Origin: Clostridiales bacterium | GTDB taxonomy: Bacteria > Bacillota > Clostridia > Oscillospirales > Ruminococcaceae | Length of the DNA: 34,844 nt | Direction: 5' to 3' | NCBI GenBank assembly: GCA_029007575.1 | Contig: JAQXIB010000148.1 | Coordinates: forward strand, 1-34,844 | Shown: one piece after another, positions 6,601-21,422 of the stretch | Layout: every line of letters begins with the position of its first letter | Position numbering within the stretch: position 1 is the first letter of the stretch | The notes under the pieces: model-generated | What the model was told of the DNA's origin: nothing | Database searches by the model: none | Seen by the model: the letters and a program-made list of their open reading frames with translations, nothing else | Translations under genes and position numbers: made by a program

Positions 6601-8245
6601 CGATATTTTCTGCAATTTTTCGATTCAGTTTCTCTCTTGTCTGCAAAATCCACTCCGCCTCCCGTGGATACTGTCGAAAGGTAAGCGGACTGCCGCACTC
6701 TTGTTCAAGCCATGCCACAGTTGCTTCTCTGCCAATCTGAGTTTCCAACAGTTGTAATGCTCGCATATCCTGTAATGATTCGTAAAATACCTTTTGCCTG
6801 ATTGATGAAACCGGCTGTCCGTTTTCTCCGGGATATACAATAAAAGCATCACCAGAAGGGAACATCTCTCCGGCATCAGTAACCGCATAAGGATCAATGA
6901 ACTCCCGTGAAAGAAATGTAAACCAAAAGTTATATCCCCATTGCAGAAATCCTTCTATCTGATAACGATAAAGTTGCCATCCTAGAATGCGATTTCTGAC
7001 AGACGGCATGGCCATCATACGATTGCTGACATCTACCGTTTGTCCGCAACAATAATATGTCCATAAATGCGGAATATTTGCTTCCAGAAAAGCATCGATA
7101 TGATCGGTGGAAGGGATTGGATGCGGTACCAGTCCTTCCTTATAAAATGCAATATCCGACAAAGCATCCATGGTACGGCAATCTCTCAGTATGTCTCTAA
7201 CACTGTCCCTGGCGCAGCGATAGCTTTCCAGTGCTGCTACAGACGGCTCATCGGATATATGAAACCAGCATTGATCCAAACGTCCTTCTTTTTTCAGATG
7301 CTCTTTTAAGGCGAGCAAAAAGCAATTGATAAATGATACATATTCTTGTGAGCGGGCATCAGTATACCAGCCAAACCGTTTTTTCTCTTGCCCATTCTCC
7401 TTTATGACAATTTTCGGCGCATGCTGAGCCCCCCACTGTGTAAACAGATGTGAAATTTCATAATATCGAATGCCGCAATCCCATGCCAAGTCCATAAATC
7501 GTTTTAATTGTACAAAGTCAAAGTGATACTTCCCCTCTTCCCAAGTAATACCCACCAGTTGAACTGTGGGTCGTTCTCCGCCTACTTCGGTATCCAACGG
7601 AGGTGTAAAAACCGGTGTTAAAAGCATATTAGCACCGTAACGAACTGCATTTTTTATATAATTTCTTATAATTTCCCAGTGTTCATCGCTAAACACCGGC
7701 ACCTGATACCTAAGTGCTAAACAGTCACAATGAAACCAGTTTGTATAAATGAGTTTCTGCTCTGGCAATGTGACGCCTATCACCTCAACTGTAATTTCCG
7801 CTTCTGCCCACACCTCATCCGGATTTTGCGCTGAAAAAAGCGTCAGTCGTATCCCATAGTTGCCCGCGCATAAGTTCGAAGGAATTGCTACTTCCACCCA
7901 AGCGCTACGCCACTGTCCTCCAACCAAACTCATCGTTCCGCCGGTAGGTCTCAATACATCGGGATACATTCCCGGGCTGCGCCTGAGAAAATCATTGTCG
8001 CTTTCCGCATAAGCTGGCAGCATAGACGGCACACAGCCGACTTCATAGAGAGAAATATTATCCTTAAAAATAGAGTCTACTCTTATACACGATTCCACTC
8101 GGTTTCCTTCGCAGGAACAAATAGCCCACTGAAATTGCAGGAGTTCTCCCTGTAATACGGATATTGTTTTCAAATTTTTGCATGCAGGTGTCTCATCAGG
8201 AAACACTTTTTCCAAAGAGCTTAATATTCTATGGTCAATTTTCAT
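6590..8245 (-). CDS. DUF4091 / GH123-like glycoside hydrolase (candidate beta-N-acetylgalactosaminidase), cytoplasmic
   Basis: The N-terminus LEKVFPDE, then WFHCDCL...FTPPLD and WFHISDEPS with adjacent Asp-Glu (D332/E333, nt 7247-7252), fit substrate-assisted GH123 enzymes. There is no signal peptide. Confidence 0.6.
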   Translation of the reverse strand: MKIDHRILSSLEKVFPDETPACKNLKTISVLQGELLQFQWAICSCEGNRVESCIRVDSIFKDNISLYEVGCVPSMLPAYAESDNDFLRRSPGMYPDVLRPTGGTMSLVGGQWRSAWVEVAIPSNLCAGNYGIRLTLFSAQNPDEVWAEAEITVEVIGVTLPEQKLIYTNWFHCDCLALRYQVPVFSDEHWEIIRNYIKNAVRYGANMLLTPVFTPPLDTEVGGERPTVQLVGITWEEGKYHFDFVQLKRFMDLAWDCGIRYYEISHLFTQWGAQHAPKIVIKENGQEKKRFGWYTDARSQEYVSFINCFLLALKEHLKKEGRLDQCWFHISDEPSVAALESYRCARDSVRDILRDCRTMDALSDIAFYKEGLVPHPIPSTDHIDAFLEANIPHLWTYYCCGQTVDVSNRMMAMPSVRNRILGWQLYRYQIEGFLQWGYNFWFTFLSREFIDPYAVTDAGEMFPSGDAFIVYPGENGQPVSSIRQKVFYESLQDMRALQLLETQIGREATVAWLEQECGSPLTFRQYPREAEWILQTREKLNRKIAENIVLK

Positions 8246-8349
8246 ATAGCTGTTACCCTTTCTGGTTTAATCTTAAAGAAAAACATTTTTCCTTGTTTTG
8301 AATACTACACAAGTTTTGTTTGTCTTTTGATTTTTTACCACAATAATTA

Positions 8350-9834
8350 TTACAAATTATCTGTTGAAACCAAATGACCGTTTTCCAATACAGCCAATAT
8401 ATGACAGCCGTTTTTATATATGATTTTATTACCAAGTCTGGCACAGGTACCGGCAGTGTTTTGTAACCGCAGACCAATTTGATATGTATTTGTTTCGGCG
8501 GGTATATACAACTGCCCTTCTGCTAAATGCACAACCGGCGTTACTGCCCCGACATCGGTTCGTTTTCGGGAGTACCATCTTTCTGTACTGCCAAGCGAAC
8601 ACTGAGAAATCACATATCCGTCCATACTGAGCAAGAGCAACTCCGCTGTCAAGTAAAACGGTGCAGAAAAGCCGTAATTGACGAGTGAAAGCTGAACCGA
8701 CAAATGTCTCGGTTCTCCTTTGAGAACCTCTATTGCACAGGATCTCAGTTCTAACTTGTATCCTAAATAATCTCGGATATATTCCCACACACTACGACTC
8801 ACAGAGTTTCCGTTTTCATCCAAAAACCAGCCCGGCGAAACCAAGCAACGCCGTTGTTTCAGCCATTCAGGGGTTATCTGATCTTTTTGCCAGCGGCGCA
8901 TAGCATAGACGCGTTCCTTTTTCGTTGCCGAGGGTTCCGACCAATAAAGCACCTTCTGCCGCATCTCTTCGGAAATCTGATTTTCTCGATAACTATGATG
9001 CAGACTAAAAGATGTAAAATGATGATCACTCAGTTGACACAGTACCAAACGCCCGTTAATTTCCCACGGGCATGTGGCTCCCCAGAACAACTCACCGTCT
9101 ACCGGAACTAAAAAGGTTTCTTCCATCAACTGCTCCCACTGTGCTGTCCCCGGGTCACAGCCGCCGGTATCCGGCTTTGTTTCTCCAAACACACTGTCTA
9201 TGTGAAACCCCAAGCGGCGGTATAATGAATCCTCTTTTTCAATCAGATTTTTATAAACCGGAAGGCGCATTTGCAGGTAAATCGAAGAGGGAGTAATTCG
9301 TGCCACTTCCCGAATTAAATCTGCACAATCATAGATTTCAGTATAATTATGCCATTCGCCCCATGCCCCAATTAAGCCAATCTGAACCACATGAATAGCA
9401 TCCACATAGCGTGTAAGAAGCGGAGCAAGTTGTTTTAAATGAAGAAAAATCGTTTGTTGGGAAGCTTGTCCCCAACTTTTCTCTACATGACTTTGATAAA
9501 CAAACCGCACCAAAAGCTTGATTTTAAACTTCCGGGCATAGTCAAAATTGGCACAGATGCGGTTTATACCTGCCGCATCTATCTCTTCTCCTTTGCTGTA
9601 TCCGGTAAGGTAAAAATAAATCTGTGCCAATTGCGGATGCTCTGACATATAGAACCTCCGCCAGTATTTTAATCCCTCTGTCGGATCCTCATGACACGGA
9701 AAATCCGGTATTGGTCGATTAGCTACATTAACAAAGGTTTCCATGCGAAAACCCCTGTCAGGGTTTTCCCATAACAACGCATCCTGAGTGCTGTCTATGG
9801 ATGGATATGTAAAAATTTTATATTCGGTATTCAT
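8350..9834 (-). CDS. DUF4874/DUF4832-type putative glycoside hydrolase, paralogue 3 (cytoplasmic)
   Basis: It shares with 12896-14236 and 14438-16069 the motifs NPDRGFRME, IYFYLTGY, LVRFVY, GAWGEW, GFHIDS, DGELFW, HHFTSFSLHHSY, YIRDYLGY and LVNYGFSAP. There is no signal peptide. SD AAGGAG precedes the start. Confidence 0.6.
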   Translation of the reverse strand: MNTEYKIFTYPSIDSTQDALLWENPDRGFRMETFVNVANRPIPDFPCHEDPTEGLKYWRRFYMSEHPQLAQIYFYLTGYSKGEEIDAAGINRICANFDYARKFKIKLLVRFVYQSHVEKSWGQASQQTIFLHLKQLAPLLTRYVDAIHVVQIGLIGAWGEWHNYTEIYDCADLIREVARITPSSIYLQMRLPVYKNLIEKEDSLYRRLGFHIDSVFGETKPDTGGCDPGTAQWEQLMEETFLVPVDGELFWGATCPWEINGRLVLCQLSDHHFTSFSLHHSYRENQISEEMRQKVLYWSEPSATKKERVYAMRRWQKDQITPEWLKQRRCLVSPGWFLDENGNSVSRSVWEYIRDYLGYKLELRSCAIEVLKGEPRHLSVQLSLVNYGFSAPFYLTAELLLLSMDGYVISQCSLGSTERWYSRKRTDVGAVTPVVHLAEGQLYIPAETNTYQIGLRLQNTAGTCARLGNKIIYKNGCHILAVLENGHLVSTDNL

Positions 9835-9849
9835 CTTGCAAGCTCCTTA

Positions 9850-11760
9850 TCACCGGGAAACTGCGGCAATACTATACAGCTTCACCTGATTGAAAAATGA
9901 TGATGCCGGCACAAATTTTGCCGAAACGATTTGTTGCTCCGGATAAGGATTGGGGTATACGCAACGGTACACCATCTCATTTGATTGCCAAACCGGTACT
10001 GCGTTTCCCGAAATTTCCAAGAGAGAGGTGCAATACTCCAACTGATCAAACTCCCCATTTGGCTTTTGAGAAAAATGATTAGTGGACGCAGCAATATTTT
10101 CACCAAAAATCACAGGCACCTGCACCGTATTCCCACCGGACATTGTGATTTGATAATACCCGATACTATCCTTTGATCGATCCACCATATGACCGTCAAA
10201 ATAAAATTGGAATGGCCGAACGAAATCCGTGGTATGCAAAATATCAAAATAGGAATCATTTAACACATTGCGTTGTTGCCGTTCAAAACAATATGTCAAA
10301 ATTTCCACTGCGCGCTGAGCATAGTCTTCTTCCCGATAGTCCCCCCAAAAGACAACAGCACAAAACGCAAGATTAAAGAAGATTCCGTTGCGGCAGATAT
10401 AATCGGGATGTAAAGCGCTCCAATTTGATACGCAGCCTCCGTTTATCCCGGCACGCAGCCGGCGCTCAAATTCCGGTACCGCAGGACCGTTAAGATTACC
10501 AAACACCGTTGCAAAGCCCCTACTAAGCAGATCCTCATCAAGCCGACGATCCACTGTCCAAATCCAGTGCATCACCTGAATATCTCGGGGGATCAAATCA
10601 ATGGCCTGCCATGTAGCAGGGACAGACTCATAATGCCAGTCAAATGTATCCTTGACCGCAGCTGCACCACCAAAAGCGTAGCCGCTGGCACAATGAGCAT
10701 TAAGCAATTTATCCGACCACATCATCGTGGATATCCCTTTTTTGTGTAAAAAACCGTGTATTGTTTTAATATCCTCAGCAAAAATTTGAGCCGAATCAAG
10801 TGTTTTGCATTTTTCACAGATCGCTATCGAATTAAGCTCGTCATGAGCAATATGCACTACCTTTGGATCAAATACATCTATAACTTCCTCCAGTACATCA
10901 AACAAGAGAGCATAACTGTCCGGATTGGAAGGACAGTAGGTATCAGGGAATGGATCCTCCTTACGCTCAGCCAACTCCGGGTGTCTTGTCAAAAGATAGT
11001 CACTATGAGAAAGGCTAGGGACCTCCGGAATAACCTCCATTCCCCGTTCGCGGCAATATTTTACCAATTCACGCACCGTATCCTGAGATAAATAGCCTCC
11101 GCCGCCGTTTTGAGTATGGATTGAATTTTTTGCCCATGAATACTGCTCTTGAATTTGGATCGTTTTCCCGGATGATTCGTTCATAAAACGAGCATATTCT
11201 ACCCATCCCTCATTAATTTCCGGGTGGTGCTTGTATTCCATGGCACCGCCTACTTCCAGAATTACTGTATTGCAGCGCAGAGAAAGCGCCGTATCAACTA
11301 CTTCGTGGAAATAGACCAGTTCCTCAGGAGCCGGTAAAAAAATCTTCAGCCCTCTGAAATCACACTTTGGGGTGCAATAAATTAACCCGTGCCGCCAAAT
11401 GCCATCCTGACACCAATCCACCAGCGCCCATGCAGCATATATCAGCCCGCATAACGTATTTGAATAGGCAACAATTTCGTTTTCCTCTATAAGAATACAA
11501 AATGCGTCCTGTCGAGGAGCGCGTATCTGTGTACCCAATTTCTTTTTACAAATCGCCAGTTCTTTTTCTTCAAACCGCTGACAGAAGCATATTCTTTTTA
11601 AAACTGTAGCCGCCGATTGGTTCAAATTATTCTCTTGTTTTGCAAATAATTCGGTGTGCAAAAGCTTGAGCACCGAATTCGGACCAAACAATGCAGTTTC
11701 TCTGGAAAAGCAGGAAAAAGTTGTTTCAAAAGCAGTATATGGATAAAAATCTTGCATCAT
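9850..11760 (-). CDS. GH20-like (beta-N-acetylhexosaminidase superfamily) protein, cytoplasmic, divergent
   Basis: FRGLKIFL..., RGMEVIPEVPSLSHSDYL and VVHIAHDE (D307/E308, nt 10837-10842) parallel the GH20 motifs RG.mLD, ViPEid.PgH and HiGGDE. The usual H-x-H..DD strand is replaced by ILEVGGAMEY. There is no signal peptide. Confidence 0.5.
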   Translation of the reverse strand: MMQDFYPYTAFETTFSCFSRETALFGPNSVLKLLHTELFAKQENNLNQSAATVLKRICFCQRFEEKELAICKKKLGTQIRAPRQDAFCILIEENEIVAYSNTLCGLIYAAWALVDWCQDGIWRHGLIYCTPKCDFRGLKIFLPAPEELVYFHEVVDTALSLRCNTVILEVGGAMEYKHHPEINEGWVEYARFMNESSGKTIQIQEQYSWAKNSIHTQNGGGGYLSQDTVRELVKYCRERGMEVIPEVPSLSHSDYLLTRHPELAERKEDPFPDTYCPSNPDSYALLFDVLEEVIDVFDPKVVHIAHDELNSIAICEKCKTLDSAQIFAEDIKTIHGFLHKKGISTMMWSDKLLNAHCASGYAFGGAAAVKDTFDWHYESVPATWQAIDLIPRDIQVMHWIWTVDRRLDEDLLSRGFATVFGNLNGPAVPEFERRLRAGINGGCVSNWSALHPDYICRNGIFFNLAFCAVVFWGDYREEDYAQRAVEILTYCFERQQRNVLNDSYFDILHTTDFVRPFQFYFDGHMVDRSKDSIGYYQITMSGGNTVQVPVIFGENIAASTNHFSQKPNGEFDQLEYCTSLLEISGNAVPVWQSNEMVYRCVYPNPYPEQQIVSAKFVPASSFFNQVKLYSIAAVSR

Positions 11761-12815
11761 GGAGCAGGTTCCTTTCTGGGTTTGGTGTTCAGTTTGCGCA
11801 TCTGTAATGGACTAATGCCATATATATTGTTAAACGCCCGGTAAAAACTAGCAACAGATAAAAAACCGCATTGAAAAGCGATATCAGTCACATGGGTATC
11901 TGTGGTACAAATTAACTTCAGCGATTTTTCCACTCGCATGCGATTCAAATACTGAGAAAAAGAAATACCTATATGTTTTTTAAACAAAGCAGACAAATAA
12001 GTCGGGGTAATAAAACATTCTCTAGCTACCTCTATTAAAGTCAAATTTTTCTGAAAATGATCCTCCATATAATCAATTGCCAACTTCACCGACGGATGAA
12101 TCGCATTAGAAACAGAAATGCACGAAGTCTCTGCCTTATCCTTGGAAAGCTCCATCCGATAGATATACGCAAACATTTCCAAAAGACAACACTTGATAAT
12201 TGTCTGGCTGCCGGGTTGACGCTTCGCATACTCCTGCAGGATACGGTCAAATGCCTTTAAAATAGGTAGATTTTGCGGCAAAGCGGCTGAAATCACGCAA
12301 TATCGGACAGAAAAATTCATAAAATCTAAAATATCCGTTTCCGCGCCAAAAAAATCTTTGGTGAAAACTTTTTCAGGGGTAAAGGAAATCTCCTCTGCAA
12401 ATCCCTTGCCGGGACCATCGATCCATGCATGAGGAATATAGTTATTAAATAAAATCAAATCTCCCTGCTTCAAGGTCAACGCCTTCTGATCCGCAAGATA
12501 GAGAACCTTACCCGATGTGATTTTGGTGATTTCACAATATTTATGCATATGAAAAGTAAGCTGCTGCGGCAGAGTAAATTCTTCCGGCAATTCCATGTGT
12601 TCAGGCATCACCTTATCATAAGCTGTACTGGCATCCGGATTTCGCAACCGTATAACAAACGGTCCCTGCGTCTGATGCTGAAATTCCGGCACCTTATCCG
12701 AAGGATACATGGACAAATCCATAGAGGAGTTTCCAACTTCAAATTCCGGACTGATACGAATGGGAAACACGGCAGAGGTCGGCAAATGATCCAAATAATA
12801 AAAATTGATATTCAT
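11757..12815 (-). CDS. AraC/XylS-family transcriptional regulator (N-terminal cupin-like sensor, C-terminal double HTH)
   Basis: The C-terminus LTLIEVARECFITPTYLSALFKKHIGISFSQYLNRMRVEKSLKLICTTDTHVTDIAFQCGFLSVASFYRAFNNIYGISP is an AraC-type HTH. The start is placed at ATG 12815, after the SD GGAGG. The stop overlaps the next gene's start as ATGA. Confidence 0.85.
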   Translation of the reverse strand: MNINFYYLDHLPTSAVFPIRISPEFEVGNSSMDLSMYPSDKVPEFQHQTQGPFVIRLRNPDASTAYDKVMPEHMELPEEFTLPQQLTFHMHKYCEITKITSGKVLYLADQKALTLKQGDLILFNNYIPHAWIDGPGKGFAEEISFTPEKVFTKDFFGAETDILDFMNFSVRYCVISAALPQNLPILKAFDRILQEYAKRQPGSQTIIKCCLLEMFAYIYRMELSKDKAETSCISVSNAIHPSVKLAIDYMEDHFQKNLTLIEVARECFITPTYLSALFKKHIGISFSQYLNRMRVEKSLKLICTTDTHVTDIAFQCGFLSVASFYRAFNNIYGISPLQMRKLNTKPRKEPAP

Positions 12816-12895
12816 ATGTGATTTACCTCCACAAAATGCACTCAAAGAAATTCCACTAACTGCGTCCGCCGCTCAACATGTAACCCTCTATACAA

Positions 12896-14236
12896 TCATA
12901 CGCCAAAATCGCCCAAGAAATTAATATTATGCGCAAAGGAAAGGTCATTGGCAAAATGAGCTCCGAAACCTGCAGCATCAATCAAGCGAATTCCCACATG
13001 AAACTTTTGACCGGAAACAATCGGGAAAAACGCCCTGCATTCCACCGGCTTTTCCGGTTGTAACTGTGCACACGCGCAAGCTCGGCGAACAGCGCAAACC
13101 CTATCAGCAACATCTATCAGTACAAATTCGCAGCTTTTCATGGCAACCGGTGCCGCAAATCCATAGTTAACGAGAGTAGCCGACACCTCTAAAAACTCAC
13201 CTATTTGTTCAACGCATGCGCTCTCTACTAAAATATGATAACCCAAAAAATCACGGATATAATCAAAGATTGACCGCTTTAAGATGACGCCCCCTCGGGT
13301 TGAAAACCAGTTTGGATTACAAGGCAAGTGATTTCGTTGAAAAAAAGACATATCAACTATAATTTTTTTCCATTCTTCCAGGCTATAACTACCGCCGTCC
13401 TCATGATAGTTATGCTCCAAACTAAAACTGGTAAAATGGTGCATTGCTAATCGTTTGACGACCTTTACCCCGTCGATGCCACGAATATCCGATGCCCAGG
13501 GCATCTCGCCATCTACCACCAGATACGGAGTTTCTCCTGTCATCTGCGCACAGTATGGAGAATCAATCAGAGCGCAACTATTCCACTGATGGGGATCGCT
13601 GACGATATAATCATCATGATACCCCACATTCATTCGACGGGGATCATGCTGCGGCAACACATTTTTTATCCAGACATAACGCACCATCACCGGCAAATCA
13701 GCAGGTATGTGATTGAGCAAATGATTCAGCACTGTTAACCTATCCTGCTTTGCACCTCCCGACCATTCGCCCCACGGGCCCAGGAATCCTGCCTGCAAGC
13801 AATACAGCACATCCCTGTTTTGCTGCAAAAAGAATTCCAACTGGGTAATATGGCGTAAAATCTGTTCTGTAGGAGCATCCAATTCATCCCAATGGCGATC
13901 ATCATAAATATATGCGAAACGCAATAATATCCGCAAATGTCTTTTCCTGCAATGATTCAGATATCGGTTCATTTGATAAAAGGATTTCGAATCCAAATCT
14001 CTGTTCTGATATCCATTGAGATAAAAATACACCTGCACTATTTGCGGTTTTTCTGTTACATAACTAACATCCAGCAATCCATCCAGCATTTGTATTGCAT
14101 CTTTCTGACTGCCGGGATAGGCGTAACCGGTAGCGACCTCCAAATATGATTCCAAGCGAAATCCCCGATTAGGGTTAGTGGAAAGCTTCTCCAATTCTGT
14201 TCCCAACAAGGGACGCGGCGTTATGTCTTTTTTCAT
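12896..14236 (-). CDS. DUF4874/DUF4832-type putative glycoside hydrolase, paralogue 2 (cytoplasmic)
   Basis: Motifs NPNRGFRLE, VYFYLNGY, LLRFAY, GPWGEWSGG, GYHDDY, DGEMPW, HHFTSFSLEHNY, YIRDFLGY and LVNYGFAAP are present. The start is placed at ATG 14236 (SD GGGAG); the ORF track starts at 14281. Confidence 0.6.
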   Translation of the reverse strand: MKKDITPRPLLGTELEKLSTNPNRGFRLESYLEVATGYAYPGSQKDAIQMLDGLLDVSYVTEKPQIVQVYFYLNGYQNRDLDSKSFYQMNRYLNHCRKRHLRILLRFAYIYDDRHWDELDAPTEQILRHITQLEFFLQQNRDVLYCLQAGFLGPWGEWSGGAKQDRLTVLNHLLNHIPADLPVMVRYVWIKNVLPQHDPRRMNVGYHDDYIVSDPHQWNSCALIDSPYCAQMTGETPYLVVDGEMPWASDIRGIDGVKVVKRLAMHHFTSFSLEHNYHEDGGSYSLEEWKKIIVDMSFFQRNHLPCNPNWFSTRGGVILKRSIFDYIRDFLGYHILVESACVEQIGEFLEVSATLVNYGFAAPVAMKSCEFVLIDVADRVCAVRRACACAQLQPEKPVECRAFFPIVSGQKFHVGIRLIDAAGFGAHFANDLSFAHNINFLGDFGV

Positions 14237-14437
14237 ATCATTCTCCCGTAATCTCGTAACGTAGTCAAAAGAAGTTAACATGACACAAATAATACAGATT
14301 CGGTTTTCAGAAACCTATAACTATTTTAATGTTCTTTCGGACACATTTTTTCGGTATCTGCATTGCCTTCACTTCGTTAAAAAAACCAATATCTATTAAA
14401 AATACTATCCTTTACTCTTATTACACTGCAAAATGAC

Positions 14438-16069
14438 TCAGCTAACCAGCGGACAAATCAGGTTAACCCCCTTGGCATACTGAGCGTCATTTGCCAAACG
14501 CGTCGGAGTTCCGGCACGATCAGTGATCACCACTCCGATATAGTATACATTTTCGGTGTCCGGACGGGTCAACTTTGCATTGACTGTAATTGTAGACTGC
14601 GGCTTCAAATTCAAAACATCCCACGATGCTCCGTTGGAAACAATGTTGCCTTTTCTATCAGCAATTACCAGTTTTCCTTTAGAAAGAGAATACGGTGTGG
14701 CAAAACCATAATTTTTAAGAGTGAATGCAGCAGTGATTGCCTTTCCTTTCATTTCTGCCTTTACCTGCTCCGCGGCAATGCGATAACCGGTATAATCTCG
14801 AATATAATTAAAAGCATTTTGGGCATACGCACCGCCCTTGACATCAGAAAACCAAGATTCCTGATAAGGCAGGTTGTTTTTGGACAGGCTATTTGCTGTC
14901 AGTTGTTCACTTTTCCATTTGACCATTGCGTACTGACCGCCGCCTTCTCTATAATTGTGATAAACACTAAAGGCTAAAAAGTGAAACTTTGCCATATACA
15001 TAGCCATATTCATCCCGGAACCAATACTCGTGGTGCGATCTGATCCCCAAGGCATTTCTCCCTGCACAATCACATTAGCGCTGTTCTTTAAAAATGTATT
15101 GTAATACATCGAAGTTTCCAAGCCACCCGTATTCCACTTATGAGGATAACCAACCATATAATCATCATGATAGCCCAACCGGCTATACCGCGCCTTATCT
15201 TCGGCAAACATCTCTTTGATTGCCGCATACCGCACCAAAACAAACAAATCACCAGGCGTTGCATCAATAAGCTTTTGTAGCACCGGCCTATACTTTGTAT
15301 AAGTTTCCATACCTCCTGACCATTCTCCCCAATGCATAACCATTCCTGCATCTATCGCAAACAAAATATTGCGATATTTCTTTAAAATAGGAGCAAATTG
15401 ATCTATGTGCTGCAGCATCTGATCAATTGTAGCGTCCTGTGTAGCATTGGCACCTTCATCCTGCACATAGGCAAACCGCGGCAGGACCTGAATTTTTTTA
15501 CTTTGGCAATAAGCAAACATGTTTTCGATAGCGCCCAGCATAGTGTTATCCAAATCTTTGTCCCGGTAATCGGTAAGATAAATATATAGCTGAACGATTC
15601 GAGGGGATTCCACCGTGTAATCCTGCATTAGTGACTCCAACCGTTCCGGGAAGGCCTTCGCTTCATTTACAGAGCTAACAGCCATCTCATACCGAAAGCC
15701 ACGTCCCGGATTAAAAAGTAATTTTTCGCTCATATCTCCGGTCATACCGTCAGGAATAAAATTATAACTTTTGTTCAGCGGAACCACCACAGTATTCTCT
15801 GAAACATCGCCGGAAGAAGTAGTTGCATTTTCTATCTTGCTCGATATCTTACTTGTTTCAGTAATTTTATCCACATCACTATTTTGTATAGAAGCACTAC
15901 CGTTTGGCTCAGATGTCACACTTTCCTGGGAGGATGCCTCAAAAGGGCTACTAACATTTGACGAATTTCCATTTGAAGTAAATCCTATCGTATCCTTTTT
16001 GCAGGAGGTCATAGATAATATGTTTCCAACCAGAACCAGAATCACGAGGCGTATCCATCTTTTTTTCAT
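14438..16069 (-). CDS. DUF4874/DUF4832-type putative glycoside hydrolase, paralogue 1, exported lipoprotein with an S/T-rich tether
   Basis: MKKRWIRLVILVLVGNILSMTSC has a signal peptide and a lipobox Cys, followed by a ~90-aa S/T/N-rich linker. The motifs NPGRGFRYE, LYIYLTDY, HWGEWSGG, GYHDDY, QGEMPW, FHFLAFSVYHNY, YIRDYTGY and LKNYGFATP follow. Confidence 0.6.
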   Translation of the reverse strand: MKKRWIRLVILVLVGNILSMTSCKKDTIGFTSNGNSSNVSSPFEASSQESVTSEPNGSASIQNSDVDKITETSKISSKIENATTSSGDVSENTVVVPLNKSYNFIPDGMTGDMSEKLLFNPGRGFRYEMAVSSVNEAKAFPERLESLMQDYTVESPRIVQLYIYLTDYRDKDLDNTMLGAIENMFAYCQSKKIQVLPRFAYVQDEGANATQDATIDQMLQHIDQFAPILKKYRNILFAIDAGMVMHWGEWSGGMETYTKYRPVLQKLIDATPGDLFVLVRYAAIKEMFAEDKARYSRLGYHDDYMVGYPHKWNTGGLETSMYYNTFLKNSANVIVQGEMPWGSDRTTSIGSGMNMAMYMAKFHFLAFSVYHNYREGGGQYAMVKWKSEQLTANSLSKNNLPYQESWFSDVKGGAYAQNAFNYIRDYTGYRIAAEQVKAEMKGKAITAAFTLKNYGFATPYSLSKGKLVIADRKGNIVSNGASWDVLNLKPQSTITVNAKLTRPDTENVYYIGVVITDRAGTPTRLANDAQYAKGVNLICPLVS

Positions 16070-16133
16070 ATTGCCGGCACCCTGCGATGCCGCACCACCC
16101 TTTCTCATTATATAAATCAAATCATATTTTTAG

Positions 16134-21405
<5,272 letters not shown>

Positions 21406-21422
21406 CCCAACCACCTCATTCG

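Noticed and set aside
8253-8788. ORFs 8253-8477 and 8429-8788 (-)
   Set aside because: They are alternative frames overlapping the well-supported DUF4874/4832 paralogue (8350-9834) or its short downstream spacer. There are no SDs and the composition is implausible.
14282-14437. Intrinsic terminator or promoter in the 156-bp gap between paralogue 1 and paralogue 2
   Set aside because: Only a weak 5-bp AT-rich stem (aatgt/acatt, ~14330-14348) is present, its T-run is on the wrong (plus) strand, and no convincing -35/-10 pair exists. I cannot support either call from the sequence alone.
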